A stretch of 64,000 nt of DNA from assembly GCA_963741955.1 (NCBI GenBank), contig CAVUKB010000005.1, positions 1,248,001 to 1,312,000 of the forward strand. The letters run 5' to 3'. The notes under the pieces were generated by a model. The model saw nothing but the letters and a program-made list of their open reading frames with translations. It was not told where the DNA came from and ran no database searches. Below, in pieces: positions 18,954 through 28,441 of this stretch (positions are counted from its first letter, which is position 1; each line of letters starts with the position of its first letter). A program made the position numbers and the translations under genes. Source of the DNA: an uncultured Acidobacteriota bacterium. Lineage in GTDB: Bacteria; Acidobacteriota; Thermoanaerobaculia; Gp7-AA8.

Positions 18954-21821
18954 TCACGGCCGCCACCGGAGATTGATCCACCAGTTCGTCTCCCCCCGGA
19001 AAGGCTGGTCGAGAACCCGAGCCACTCCGGCGCCGAGATCGAAGGAAGGGAGGCGAAGCAACGGAACCGGACCGGAGCGGAGGTTCCATCGCACTCCCGC
19101 CGTCGAAAGCCACGGTCCGCGCGCACCGCTCGCGGACCAGACCCGATCGCGTGTGTAAAACAGCGTCACCGGCAGCCCCGCACGAATCGAGAGGATCTGT
19201 CCGAACGAGTCATCCCCGACCACTGTTCCCCGACGAAGGGCCGGCCGAAGGATGGACGTAGCATCCACTCCCTCCGGGATCAGCGATCCACGCGTACCGC
19301 CGAGGACCAGCCGGTCGAACGAGTGCTGTGCGTCGCGAACCTCACGCCGGTCGACGTCGAGAGCTGCTTCGAACGATCCGAACCCGCCTCCGATGGCATA
19401 GTGCCCCGATCCCAGTCGCCACTCCGCACCTGCGGTGCGCCCGGCGGAGAGCTCCAGTGCGCCTCGCTGTGAAAGGTGCCACTCCCCGACGGACGTCCGC
19501 CAGCTCACCTGCGGATGGACGAAGAGCGTGCGACGCATCGCCGTCTCGCCCGAGCGCCGTTCTCCGATCCGCTCGAGAGAAACTCCCCCTTCGAGGGTCA
19601 GCTCTGTGCCCCGCCAGATCCTTCCCCACTCCGCACCCAACGCCGCGCCGCGTCTGTGGACATCGAGTCCGAGTGCCAGTCGCGTCGCGTCAGATTGCTC
19701 CGACGGCCTCTGCTCGATGTCGAACAGTGCGACGCTCGGATGCACACTCCAGCCTCGCCATTTCGAGCGGATGCCTCCGCCGGTGATCCCGCCGGAACTC
19801 CCGAGTGAGCCGAGAACAAGCGTGTCGAGCCGGCCCACGACGTCGCCGAGCCGGACTCCAGCCTCGATCGTACGCCCCGAGACCGACCAGTCGCCTCCGG
19901 TGAGAAACATCGGTTCCTGCCGGCCGATGCCGTACGGATGTCCCGCTCCGACCACCTGCTGCCGAACCGCAGCGATCGGAGCCGCCGACGGCGTCGGGGG
20001 AAATCTCGCCGGCGCGCTGACCGGTGGAAGCGGGGCAGGCCAGGGCGACAACGCCAGCTTCCGGATGTCGAAGCCGTCCGGCTGGAGCGAGAGAAAATAG
20101 AGTGACGAATCATCGGGTGCCGGCGCCGGGCCGAACGCTGCTCCGGTGGTGCGGACGAGGACCATCGGTGGTCCGCCCGCAAGAGAGAACGCCGCAATAC
20201 TGATCAACCCCTCCGAGCCGACGGTGGCCAGAATGCGCGAGCCGTCGGCCGACCACGCCGGCTCGGCAATGGTTTCGTTTGCGCGGCCGCCGAGATCCCG
20301 TTCCGAGCCGGTGTCGAGTGCGCGGACGATCAGATGCCATGCGCGGTCCTGATGACGAACGAACGCGAGCGATCGTCCGTCCGGACTGACCCGGGGACGG
20401 CTGTACGTCTCCTCGATCGACGGCGGAGTGAGCTCGGAGACCGCGCCGCTACGGAGATCGACCCGGACGAGCTGCGAGAAACCCCACCGGTCGCGGACGG
20501 CGAAGGCGTACATCCCATCGCGAGAGGGATCGGGATCGCGTACGTCCGCGAGCGCCGTGAGGCGATCGACCTCTCCGCTCTCCGGCGTCCACCGGAAGAG
20601 ATCGGGATGGAGCACTCCGTCCGCGTCGGGTTCGAAGCGAACGAAAAGAACGGATCGGCCGTCCGGCATCCAGCGCGGGGAGAACGGCTCCTCGCGATCG
20701 ACGGTCACGAGCTGGTAGAGCGGTTTGCGTGGAAGGGGCTTCGCAAGCACCGGGGCCACATCTTCAGGATCCCGCCGGAGGAGCTTCTCGATTCTTCTGC
20801 TGCGTTCCTCGAGCGCCTCGGAGTTCGGGCCGGTGCTCCAGATCACCAGGCGCGACGGACCACGGCGGCTGCGAAGCACCGTCAGGAGAGCCTTCCCGTC
20901 CGGCGAAACCTCGGGGACGCCCGTGGTCCAGGAGAGATCCTGCCAGAGCTCTCCGTCGCGAAGGGCCGGCCGGAGCGCGTCATCGAGGTTCATCGCGTGC
21001 TGGGTCAGTTCGGCGGTAAAGCGATCGTAGAGCCTCGCGGGGGAATCGCCGAAGACCCCTTCGAACGCTTCATCGAAGCTGCGGTCGGTCCGGGCCGACA
21101 TCCGTCTCCAGAGGTGGTCGAGGCTCTCCGGGCCGTTCCGCTGCTCGAGCCATTCGAGGTATGCCGACCCTGCGAGATACGCCATCGACATGCCGAGCCA
21201 GCTCGAATTCGAGTCGAGCTGCTGGTATGACGGCAACCGTCCCTCTTCCGCCCATTTCCGCAAGACGGCCGCACGGAACGCGCCGTTCGGCCGGCCGGAG
21301 CCCGTGAGCTTTCCCTCGATCAGAGTCGCGAACCCTTCGTCGACCCAGCGCGGCGATTCGAGCGCGAGCGGACCGACCGGGAGGAGAGTGGAGAGAAAGC
21401 GTCGCCAGGGGCTGCGGGAGGGCCGAAGGAGATGGGCGAGATGAGTCTGCTCGTGCGTGATGAGGAGATCGGTCCAGTCGGTGTAGTTGCCGATGATCGA
21501 CTCCGGTGAGGGAGGAGTGGTCCAGAGGACGATCCGCGGAAACGTGAGAAACGGCCACGCCGAGCCGTTCGGAGCGGCGAGCGGATCCATCACCAGGACG
21601 TCGATTCTCTCGCCCGGCTCGAATCCGACCTCCGCCGCGACGTCCGTCGCGATCGACTCGATCCTCGCGGCCGCGCGCAGGGCCCACGATTCCCATGGAG
21701 CGGGATAGTGGATTCGATAATGCGGAGTCTCGATGGTCCGCCAGTCCCGATCCGGAGCCTGGGCGTATGATGTTGCGGCGATTGCGACGGCCACGAGCGC
21801 GAGCAAGGTTCGGAGTCTCAT
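18954..21821 (-). CDS. Outer-membrane protein: gluzincin-like peptidase domain + PD40/TolB propeller + C-terminal beta-barrel
   Basis: Signal peptide MRLRTLLAL..SYA; HEQTH plus WVDEGFA; SPDG/MPDG/SADG repeats; amphipathic beta-strands ending WWINLRWRP. Confidence 0.72.
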   Translation of the reverse strand: MRLRTLLALVAVAIAATSYAQAPDRDWRTIETPHYRIHYPAPWESWALRAAARIESIATDVAAEVGFEPGERIDVLVMDPLAAPNGSAWPFLTFPRIVLWTTPPSPESIIGNYTDWTDLLITHEQTHLAHLLRPSRSPWRRFLSTLLPVGPLALESPRWVDEGFATLIEGKLTGSGRPNGAFRAAVLRKWAEEGRLPSYQQLDSNSSWLGMSMAYLAGSAYLEWLEQRNGPESLDHLWRRMSARTDRSFDEAFEGVFGDSPARLYDRFTAELTQHAMNLDDALRPALRDGELWQDLSWTTGVPEVSPDGKALLTVLRSRRGPSRLVIWSTGPNSEALEERSRRIEKLLRRDPEDVAPVLAKPLPRKPLYQLVTVDREEPFSPRWMPDGRSVLFVRFEPDADGVLHPDLFRWTPESGEVDRLTALADVRDPDPSRDGMYAFAVRDRWGFSQLVRVDLRSGAVSELTPPSIEETYSRPRVSPDGRSLAFVRHQDRAWHLIVRALDTGSERDLGGRANETIAEPAWSADGSRILATVGSEGLISIAAFSLAGGPPMVLVRTTGAAFGPAPAPDDSSLYFLSLQPDGFDIRKLALSPWPAPLPPVSAPARFPPTPSAAPIAAVRQQVVGAGHPYGIGRQEPMFLTGGDWSVSGRTIEAGVRLGDVVGRLDTLVLGSLGSSGGITGGGIRSKWRGWSVHPSVALFDIEQRPSEQSDATRLALGLDVHRRGAALGAEWGRIWRGTELTLEGGVSLERIGERRSGETAMRRTLFVHPQVSWRTSVGEWHLSQRGALELSAGRTAGAEWRLGSGHYAIGGGFGSFEAALDVDRREVRDAQHSFDRLVLGGTRGSLIPEGVDATSILRPALRRGTVVGDDSFGQILSIRAGLPVTLFYTRDRVWSASGARGPWLSTAGVRWNLRSGPVPLLRLPSFDLGAGVARVLDQPFRGETNWWINLRWRP

Positions 21822-21884
21822 CCCGGATATTCTCTCGTCTGCGCTCGTCGCGAGCGACCCCATGGTACGCAAGGAGGTTCGTCG

Positions 21885-22937
21885 ATGAAATTCGTTCCCA
21901 CACTCCTGATGGCAATGCTCGGATTCTGCGGAATTTCGTTCGCCGCGGAGCCGGCTCCGATCGCAATGGTGATGCACGGCGGCGCTGGAACCATCCTCAA
22001 AAAGAACATGACCCCGGAAGCGGAGAAAGCATATCGGGAAAAGCTCGAAGAAGCACTCCGTACCGGTTACACCGTGCTTTCGAAGGGAGGCAGCAGCCTC
22101 GACGCGGTCGAGGCGTCGATCCGGGTTCTGGAAGACTCTCCTTTGTTCAACGCCGGAAAAGGAGCTGTATTCACCCACGAAGGGCGCAATGAGCTCGACT
22201 CGTCGATCATGGACGGAAAGAGCATGAATGCCGGGGCAGTGGCGGACGTCACGATCATCAAGCATCCCATCTCTGCCGCCCGAGCAGTGATGGAGAAGTC
22301 ACCTCACGTGATGCTCGCCGGGAAGGGAGCCGAGCTGTTCGCCACGGAACAGGGACTGGAGATCGTCGACCCGTCGTACTTCTGGACCGAGAGCCGCTGG
22401 AAGTCGCTTCAGAACATACTGATCAAAGAACGGCAGGAGAAGGAAAACAAGAGCGGATCGGGAGCCGGGCAGGCCACGCTCGAGCTGAAAGACGGTGACC
22501 ACGAGTTCGGCACGGTCGGCGCGGTCGCTGTCGATCGGAACGGGAACATCGCCGCGGGAACCTCCACCGGCGGCCTCACGAACAAGATGTACGGCCGCAT
22601 CGGCGACTCGCCGATCATCGGCGCCGGAACGTATGCGGACAACAGGACCTGCGGAGTCTCGTCCACCGGAACCGGCGAGTACTTCATCCGCTGGCATGTC
22701 GCCTCGCGGATCTCCGACCTGATGGAGCTCAAAGGATTGAGCGTCGACCAGGCCGCGCGGCAGGTGATCGATTTCCTCACCACGGTCGGCGGGGACGGGG
22801 GAGTCATCGCGATGGATGCGAAGGGAAACATCTCGATGCCGTTCAACACCGAGGGGATGTACCGCGGATACATCCGCGCGGACGGAACGCCGCACGTGTT
22901 CATTTACGGAGACCAGGCGAAGAGCGCCAAGCCGTGA
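21885..22937 (+). CDS. iaaA: Isoaspartyl peptidase/L-asparaginase (Ntn hydrolase) with signal peptide
   Basis: HGGAG, FNAGKGAV, autocleavage nucleophile GTVGAVA, TSTGG, GRIGDSP, TGTGEYF; AAGGAGG SD. Confidence 0.93.
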   Translation: MKFVPTLLMAMLGFCGISFAAEPAPIAMVMHGGAGTILKKNMTPEAEKAYREKLEEALRTGYTVLSKGGSSLDAVEASIRVLEDSPLFNAGKGAVFTHEGRNELDSSIMDGKSMNAGAVADVTIIKHPISAARAVMEKSPHVMLAGKGAELFATEQGLEIVDPSYFWTESRWKSLQNILIKERQEKENKSGSGAGQATLELKDGDHEFGTVGAVAVDRNGNIAAGTSTGGLTNKMYGRIGDSPIIGAGTYADNRTCGVSSTGTGEYFIRWHVASRISDLMELKGLSVDQAARQVIDFLTTVGGDGGVIAMDAKGNISMPFNTEGMYRGYIRADGTPHVFIYGDQAKSAKP

Positions 22938-23131
22938 ACGCCGCCTCCAACCATCATCGTCGCGCATTCGGCGTTCTGTCGTCTTGATTTGCGAGGAGGC
23001 ACAGACCATCTTTCTCGATCGAAGCCGGTCCGCCCCTGGGCGGTTCGCGGACCGAATTGTCGCCCGCCGTGCAGCGAGGGGGGCGACACCGGCTTCGAGG
23101 TCCGACGGCGATCCGAGTCCCATCGATCCGT

Positions 23132-24853
23132 TCAGAAGGTCCAGGGAAAGTAAAGCATCTCTGGACTCGGGAATTCACTCAACATGTCGATCCTGTGAGT
23201 CCATATCACCGCAACCGGCGCGGCGGGATTACCGCCTTCCACAGAGATCTCATGTCGTCCGCTCTCCAGCCACAAACCCTGCGAAGTCATCTGCTTTCCG
23301 TCGATCGACACACGTGGGGCGCCCGAGCCATAGATTCGATACATACCCGTCGAGGCGATAGGGAATGCCGCTCGACCACCGCGCCAGTCGGATGGAGCGA
23401 CAATCCATCCAGTCACGCCGACTTTCCCGTATACGAGCGGAAAGGCCTTGCCCAGGAAGGCGCGATCGGAGCGACTCAGCCAACCGGTCCTGTACGAGGG
23501 CACGACCAATCGGACGTGGTAGCGCCAAAGTTCCTGAGATATCCGAAATTCTCCCTGCCAATAACGGGGCATCATCAGGCTGTGGAGGCGCCAGTAATAC
23601 GGTCCTTTTCGGAACAGAATCAGGCCCGCCGTGTCATAGACCCGCTCATCCGAAGGCACCACTGCCATAACGATCCGGTTCGCCTCCAACTGGGGCGCGA
23701 GCGAGTTCGTCTGAGCGAGCGAGACGAACCGAAACGTCGGAAATGCCACGACCAGCACGACGAGCAACCACCCTGCCCAGTTCCGAATTTGAAAAGCACG
23801 CTGGAGTGCCATGCCCGCGAAGACCGCCCAAACGGGGGCTACGTCCACGAAGTTGTATGGAAAGAAGGTCGGGTTGGCAATCACGTAGACGATCGTAAAC
23901 AGCAGCGGTGCAGCGAGGATGTAACTCCGCCTGCCGTACCGTCTGAAAGCCACTCCGAGAACTCCTGCCAGCGTCAGCGCGTAGAAAACGGAATTCCGCA
24001 GGAATGACGTCTCGAAGAAACCGATCGGACTGACGCGGCTGATGGGAGCGGCAGAAACCTGCAGGTTCCGGACGATCGTCTCTGCGAAGAGCTGCAGGTC
24101 TCCTCTTGCGGTCAGGTAGAGGAGGTAAGACAGCAGAACCAGTCCTAGACCTGCCGCGAAGGCAAGAAGGTGATCGAAGAATCGTCTCCACCTTTCACCA
24201 CTCCATACGTGCAGAAGGATCGCCAGACCGAGAAACGGGATCATCAGGAACGCTTTGAAGTTGAACGTGAACGCGAGTCCGGTCATGGCTCCCGACAGCA
24301 GAAGTGCGAGCCTCGAATCCGTTTGAATCAGAATAATCGCCGTGAGCATCAGCAGGATCAGGACCGAATCACTCCGAAATTCGATCACCCGGTCACTGAA
24401 ATCAGTCATGAAGGAGATCGCGATCATCGCGAGCACGGCCGCGGATCGTCCCGCGATCCTCAGCGCGAGGACTCCGGTCAACAAAATGACGGTTGCACCG
24501 ACGCCCCATTGAATCGAGCGAAACAAATACACTCCTCGGAGACTCGATCCAAGGATCCTCCAGATTCCCTCGGCCAGATCGATCAGCAGACTGAACTGCG
24601 GAAACGAATAGTCGACACCCGGCCGCTCGCCCGCGGACCGAAGCCATCCAAGATGGAGCAGTTGCATCTCGTCCACCTGCAGGTAACGGCTCCAGGCAAC
24701 CACCAGCCTCACCAGCATGGCAAAGCCGATCAGAGCGAAACCGTAAAAACGAAATCTGGAAGAAGATTCGAACGGCCCTTCGGCGGGAAGATTCGTGAGC
24801 TGACTTTCGACCGATGAGTCGGACTGCGCAGTCACCGACATGATCCGGATCAC
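23132..24853 (-). CDS. GT-C fold membrane glycosyltransferase (ArnT/GT39-like)
   Basis: About 11-12 hydrophobic helices, acidic DE motif (QVDEMQ) in the loop after TM1, EFRSD, soluble C-terminal domain. Start could be 24841. Confidence 0.72.
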   Translation of the reverse strand: MIRIMSVTAQSDSSVESQLTNLPAEGPFESSSRFRFYGFALIGFAMLVRLVVAWSRYLQVDEMQLLHLGWLRSAGERPGVDYSFPQFSLLIDLAEGIWRILGSSLRGVYLFRSIQWGVGATVILLTGVLALRIAGRSAAVLAMIAISFMTDFSDRVIEFRSDSVLILLMLTAIILIQTDSRLALLLSGAMTGLAFTFNFKAFLMIPFLGLAILLHVWSGERWRRFFDHLLAFAAGLGLVLLSYLLYLTARGDLQLFAETIVRNLQVSAAPISRVSPIGFFETSFLRNSVFYALTLAGVLGVAFRRYGRRSYILAAPLLFTIVYVIANPTFFPYNFVDVAPVWAVFAGMALQRAFQIRNWAGWLLVVLVVAFPTFRFVSLAQTNSLAPQLEANRIVMAVVPSDERVYDTAGLILFRKGPYYWRLHSLMMPRYWQGEFRISQELWRYHVRLVVPSYRTGWLSRSDRAFLGKAFPLVYGKVGVTGWIVAPSDWRGGRAAFPIASTGMYRIYGSGAPRVSIDGKQMTSQGLWLESGRHEISVEGGNPAAPVAVIWTHRIDMLSEFPSPEMLYFPWTF

Positions 24854-25018
24854 CTGGATCGAAGCAGCACGATTACGGCCAGGAATACACTCTGGGCCCA
24901 GGCCGTGGCAGCTCCGACTCCTGATTCCACGCCGCCAGCGGCGAGCACGCCACGCCGCCAGAGCTCGCCATATGTTATCATTTCGCGATTTCGATCATTC
25001 AATTCGACCTTCCTTCGC

Positions 25019-25750
25019 ATGGATTCACCAATTCTGACCATCGCGATGCCGGTGTTCAACGAGGAAGCTGTGATCGCCGGCACAGTCCGCGAGGCGCTTG
25101 CCGCGCTCGACTCTTTCGAGGAGCCGGGAGAGGTTCTCGTCATCAACGACGGATCGACCGACCGGACTACGGAAGTCCTCACCCTCCTCCTTGATCGCGA
25201 CGCTCGACTGCGGGTCATCTCGAACGAGACGAACTACGGTATCTCCCGCTTCAACCGACAGATGATCGAGCATGCTCGGGGTGAGTGGGTTTTTTTCATT
25301 GGGTCGGACGGAGAATGGGAGTGTGCCGAGGCCATCCGGTTCCTCCGTTTTGCGCGCGAGAAAAACGTCGAGGCAGTGCTTGGATACCGGGTTCGGAAGC
25401 AATATGGCGTGTGGCGTTCCGTCGTATCCGCCTCTTTCAATCTCCTGGTTTTTCTCTGTTTCGGCGCCAGGTTTCGCGACGTCGGAAGCATCCGGCTTCT
25501 GAAACGAAGCACCTTTGGGGCACTTCGTCTCTATTCTCGATCGGCTTTTCTGAATGCGGAGCGGCTCCTCGTCGGGAAGAGGAGGGGCGCGCACTACTTA
25601 CAAGTACCCGTCAAACACCTCAGACGGAAGGGAGGGAGAGGCAGGGGAGCAACTCCGCGACGAGTGCTCGCCTCGCTCGCGGATCTCTTTCGCACGCGCT
25701 GGCGCTGGTTTCGATTCCAGACCTTCTATGGAGGCGAAAGTTCTCGGTGA
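25019..25750 (+). CDS. Glycosyltransferase family 2 (polyprenol-phosphate glycosyltransferase-like)
   Basis: IAMPVFNEE, EVLVINDGSTDRT, NYG, GYR..R, C-terminal basic/amphipathic helix typical of Dpm1/GtrB-like GT2. The ORF track starts at 24905. Confidence 0.85.
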   Translation: MDSPILTIAMPVFNEEAVIAGTVREALAALDSFEEPGEVLVINDGSTDRTTEVLTLLLDRDARLRVISNETNYGISRFNRQMIEHARGEWVFFIGSDGEWECAEAIRFLRFAREKNVEAVLGYRVRKQYGVWRSVVSASFNLLVFLCFGARFRDVGSIRLLKRSTFGALRLYSRSAFLNAERLLVGKRRGAHYLQVPVKHLRRKGGRGRGATPRRVLASLADLFRTRWRWFRFQTFYGGESSR

Positions 25751-26757
25751 GAGTTCCCCGGCGGTTCATTCGACTCCTGGCCGGCCTGATCATTTCCGGG
25801 GCCGCCGTATTCGTGGTCGTTCGTGCCGTCTCCGCCCAAGCGCTGATGGAATCATTGCGGACGCTTCATTGGCAGTGGGTGCTTCCGATCCTTCTCGCGA
25901 AGAGTCTCCTGATCGTCTTGAAGTACCATCGCTGGAAAGTCATCCTGCGCTCGAGCTTCCACCGCACCCTCCGTGGCGTCTTTTCCGCCACCACGATCGG
26001 CTATTTCACGAATATGATGATTCCGATGCGACTCGGCGAAATCCTCAGGGCCGGAGTCGTCAGCCGGAAGAATCGGGAAGTGCGGACCCCGGACGTCCTG
26101 GGCACAATCGCCGCCGAAAGGTTGATCGATCTCGCGGTTCTGGTGCTGCTCGCAAGTCTGGTCTCTCCATGGATGGCGATTCCGTCTTCGATGAGGAGGG
26201 GCGCTCTCCTCTTGTTCGGTCTGCTCGGGATCGTGGTCCTAGTCTCGTTGTTGGAGCCGCTCCATGAAAGCGTCGCGGCCCTACTCCCGAGCAATGTCAT
26301 GGGGCGTGGTCTGGCGGTTCTGCTTCGTGCGATGAGCCGAGGGACGGCGATCCTGAGAAGCCCTTCCGGCCTTGCGCTGGCCACGTTCTGGACGGTGATC
26401 ATCTGGTTGGTCGACTCCAGCGCTCTCTACTTTGCAACGAGGACGACCGACGCGGGAATCGGATATCTGCAATCCATCTTCATCATGCTCCTGTTTGCAC
26501 TGGGATTGACGATTCCATCGGCTCCGGCTCAACTCGGGACGCACCAGGCCCTGGCCGTATTTCTCCTCACTCCCTTGGGAGCAACGACGGCTCAGGCAGT
26601 CGCTACTTCGCTCGTTCTGCAGAGTTCAAACCTGATCGTGCTCAGTATCTTCGGAGGGAGCGCGTCGTTTCGTGAAATCAGCCGGTGGCGCCAGAACGAA
26701 GACTATGACGCACTCCCGACGGCGAAAATCTCGGCGGATAAGTCGGGCAATTCATGA
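25747..26757 (+). CDS. Lysylphosphatidylglycerol-synthase TM-domain (UPF0104, flippase-like) protein
   Basis: RW, GYFTNMMIPMRLGEILRA, AERLID, PSAPAQLGT motifs; about 8 TM helices; the GTG overlaps the GT2 stop (GTGA). Confidence 0.87.
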   Translation: MRVPRRFIRLLAGLIISGAAVFVVVRAVSAQALMESLRTLHWQWVLPILLAKSLLIVLKYHRWKVILRSSFHRTLRGVFSATTIGYFTNMMIPMRLGEILRAGVVSRKNREVRTPDVLGTIAAERLIDLAVLVLLASLVSPWMAIPSSMRRGALLLFGLLGIVVLVSLLEPLHESVAALLPSNVMGRGLAVLLRAMSRGTAILRSPSGLALATFWTVIIWLVDSSALYFATRTTDAGIGYLQSIFIMLLFALGLTIPSAPAQLGTHQALAVFLLTPLGATTAQAVATSLVLQSSNLIVLSIFGGSASFREISRWRQNEDYDALPTAKISADKSGNS

Positions 26758-27413
26758 CCGATGGCCTCGAACGCGGAGAGCAACTTCGGATCGAGTGAGC
26801 ACATCTGATCGTTCGGGAGCGGTTTGATCAGGTGCCCTCCCGTTTCGACCACGACGAGACCGGCCTCACGAAAATGAGAAGCAAGAATCTCCAGCGTGTA
26901 CATCTCGTGATGTCCGAGCTCATGATCGGTGTGTCCGGCGGCAGCGAGGTCGGCCAGCATCCCCATTCGAACACCCGCTCGCCGATGAAGAGAGCGAGCG
27001 TTCGGAACGATTGCTACGATCTTTCCACCATCCGACAACCACCGCACGACATGGCGCAGGAGCGCCGGAGGATCGCTCACGTGCTCCAGTATGCACGACA
27101 TGACGATCGCGTCGAACCTGTCGTCCCCAGGATCGAACTCCTCGAACTTCGATTGCACTACGTCGACGTTACCGAGTTCGGATACCCGGGCTCGAGTCCG
27201 CTCGACGCGCAAGGCGCTCGCATCGAGCGCGAGAACATGGCTATGGTACTGCGCCAGGTGCCACGTCAGAAGACCGTCGGCACAGCCCAGATCGAGAATC
27301 CTGCCAGGGCTCAGCACCGACTCGAGCGTATTCGCACGGCATTCGATCAATCGTGGCGTGAATCCCTGCGTCTGGTCGTGATGCGCGGCGATGCGTTCAA
27401 GCTCAGAGTTCAT
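26703..27413 (-). CDS. Class I SAM-dependent methyltransferase
   Basis: ILDLGCADG, FDAIVMSCILEHVSDP, VPNA.SLHR; 4-bp overlap with the ATP-grasp gene. Confidence 0.9.
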   Translation of the reverse strand: MNSELERIAAHHDQTQGFTPRLIECRANTLESVLSPGRILDLGCADGLLTWHLAQYHSHVLALDASALRVERTRARVSELGNVDVVQSKFEEFDPGDDRFDAIVMSCILEHVSDPPALLRHVVRWLSDGGKIVAIVPNARSLHRRAGVRMGMLADLAAAGHTDHELGHHEMYTLEILASHFREAGLVVVETGGHLIKPLPNDQMCSLDPKLLSAFEAIGHELPDLSAEIFAVGSAS

Positions 27414-28441
27414 TGAGACGGAACTCCAAAAACCGGCTCGACGTCCAGCTGTCGATATTCATGGAGGCCGACTGCCAGACCTTTCGGGGACACCGCATCG
27501 CCAGGTTCCATCCGCAGCGCGCGACGGACGACGAATAGTGGCAGATTCACCCCCGCATTCGTATAGAGCCACGGGCGACCCGCGAGTCTGGGATTGATTT
27601 CCGTCACCTTCGGCTCCCCCGCTGCATCCTCACGTATGTCCACACTGTAGAACCCCGACGGGTTCGGGTCGACCATGAGTACGACGTCGGTCGCCATCTG
27701 CAGGAATCTCTCTGGCTGTACCGTGGCGCAAAACGCAACCTGACCCGAGATTCCGCTTACCGCCGGCTCCGCCAGGAAATAGCGCAGGCGTTCCATCGCC
27801 ACCGAGATCATCAGTTTGCCGTCGGCGTAGACGCCGGTCCAATTGAAGTTCCTGCCCGGCAGATACTCCTGCATCATCCAGCGATCGGCCCGACCTCGAC
27901 TCTGCCAATATCGAATCCACGACAGTGCCTCGTCAGCAGATGCTACCGAGATACTCCCGCGGCCCCCCGGTCCGACCCTGGCCCGCAGCCAGAGCGGAGA
28001 CCCGAGCTGCTCGAATCCCTTCACCACATCCTGATCGTCCGCGATGGGGATCGTCCTGGGAAATGCGCTCGATCCCTTCGCGGCCGACACGGTTTTCGAC
28101 TTGTCGAGACAGACCTCGATCACCGGAGGAGGAGGCAGGGCGTGGCTCGTACTCGGGCGGTAGCTGGTCGCCGCAACGCCTTCCAGTTCCGGGTCCGGGT
28201 TGATGAAGACGAAGTCGATCGAACGTTCCGCGATGACTCGTTCTATCTCCGAGACGAAACCCGAGGCATCGTGATCGGCCCTCGGCAGGGCGACGACTTC
28301 GTCGCACAGCCCGGCCGCGATTCTCCGGCCCCACTCGTTGCCATCGCCACCGATGATTCTGACCGAGGCGTCCCGTCGAAGGCTGCGCGCGACATCGATT
28401 CCGATGCTTCCACCAATCCCCGTTACCAGAACCGAGGTCAT
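27410..28441 (-). CDS. ATP-grasp ligase (carboxylate-amine ligase family)
   Basis: VLVTGIGG N-terminus, CLDKSKT, GPGGRG loop, MQEYLPG, SVDI..KVTEINPRLAG. Confidence 0.88.
   Translation of the reverse strand: MTSVLVTGIGGSIGIDVARSLRRDASVRIIGGDGNEWGRRIAAGLCDEVVALPRADHDASGFVSEIERVIAERSIDFVFINPDPELEGVAATSYRPSTSHALPPPPVIEVCLDKSKTVSAAKGSSAFPRTIPIADDQDVVKGFEQLGSPLWLRARVGPGGRGSISVASADEALSWIRYWQSRGRADRWMMQEYLPGRNFNWTGVYADGKLMISVAMERLRYFLAEPAVSGISGQVAFCATVQPERFLQMATDVVLMVDPNPSGFYSVDIREDAAGEPKVTEINPRLAGRPWLYTNAGVNLPLFVVRRALRMEPGDAVSPKGLAVGLHEYRQLDVEPVFGVPSQ

Noticed and set aside
23019-23098. tRNA or HDV-like ribozyme identity for the structured element
   Set aside because: It lacks D/T-loop consensus and CCA, and I could not build the nested double pseudoknot; kept only as an unassigned structure.
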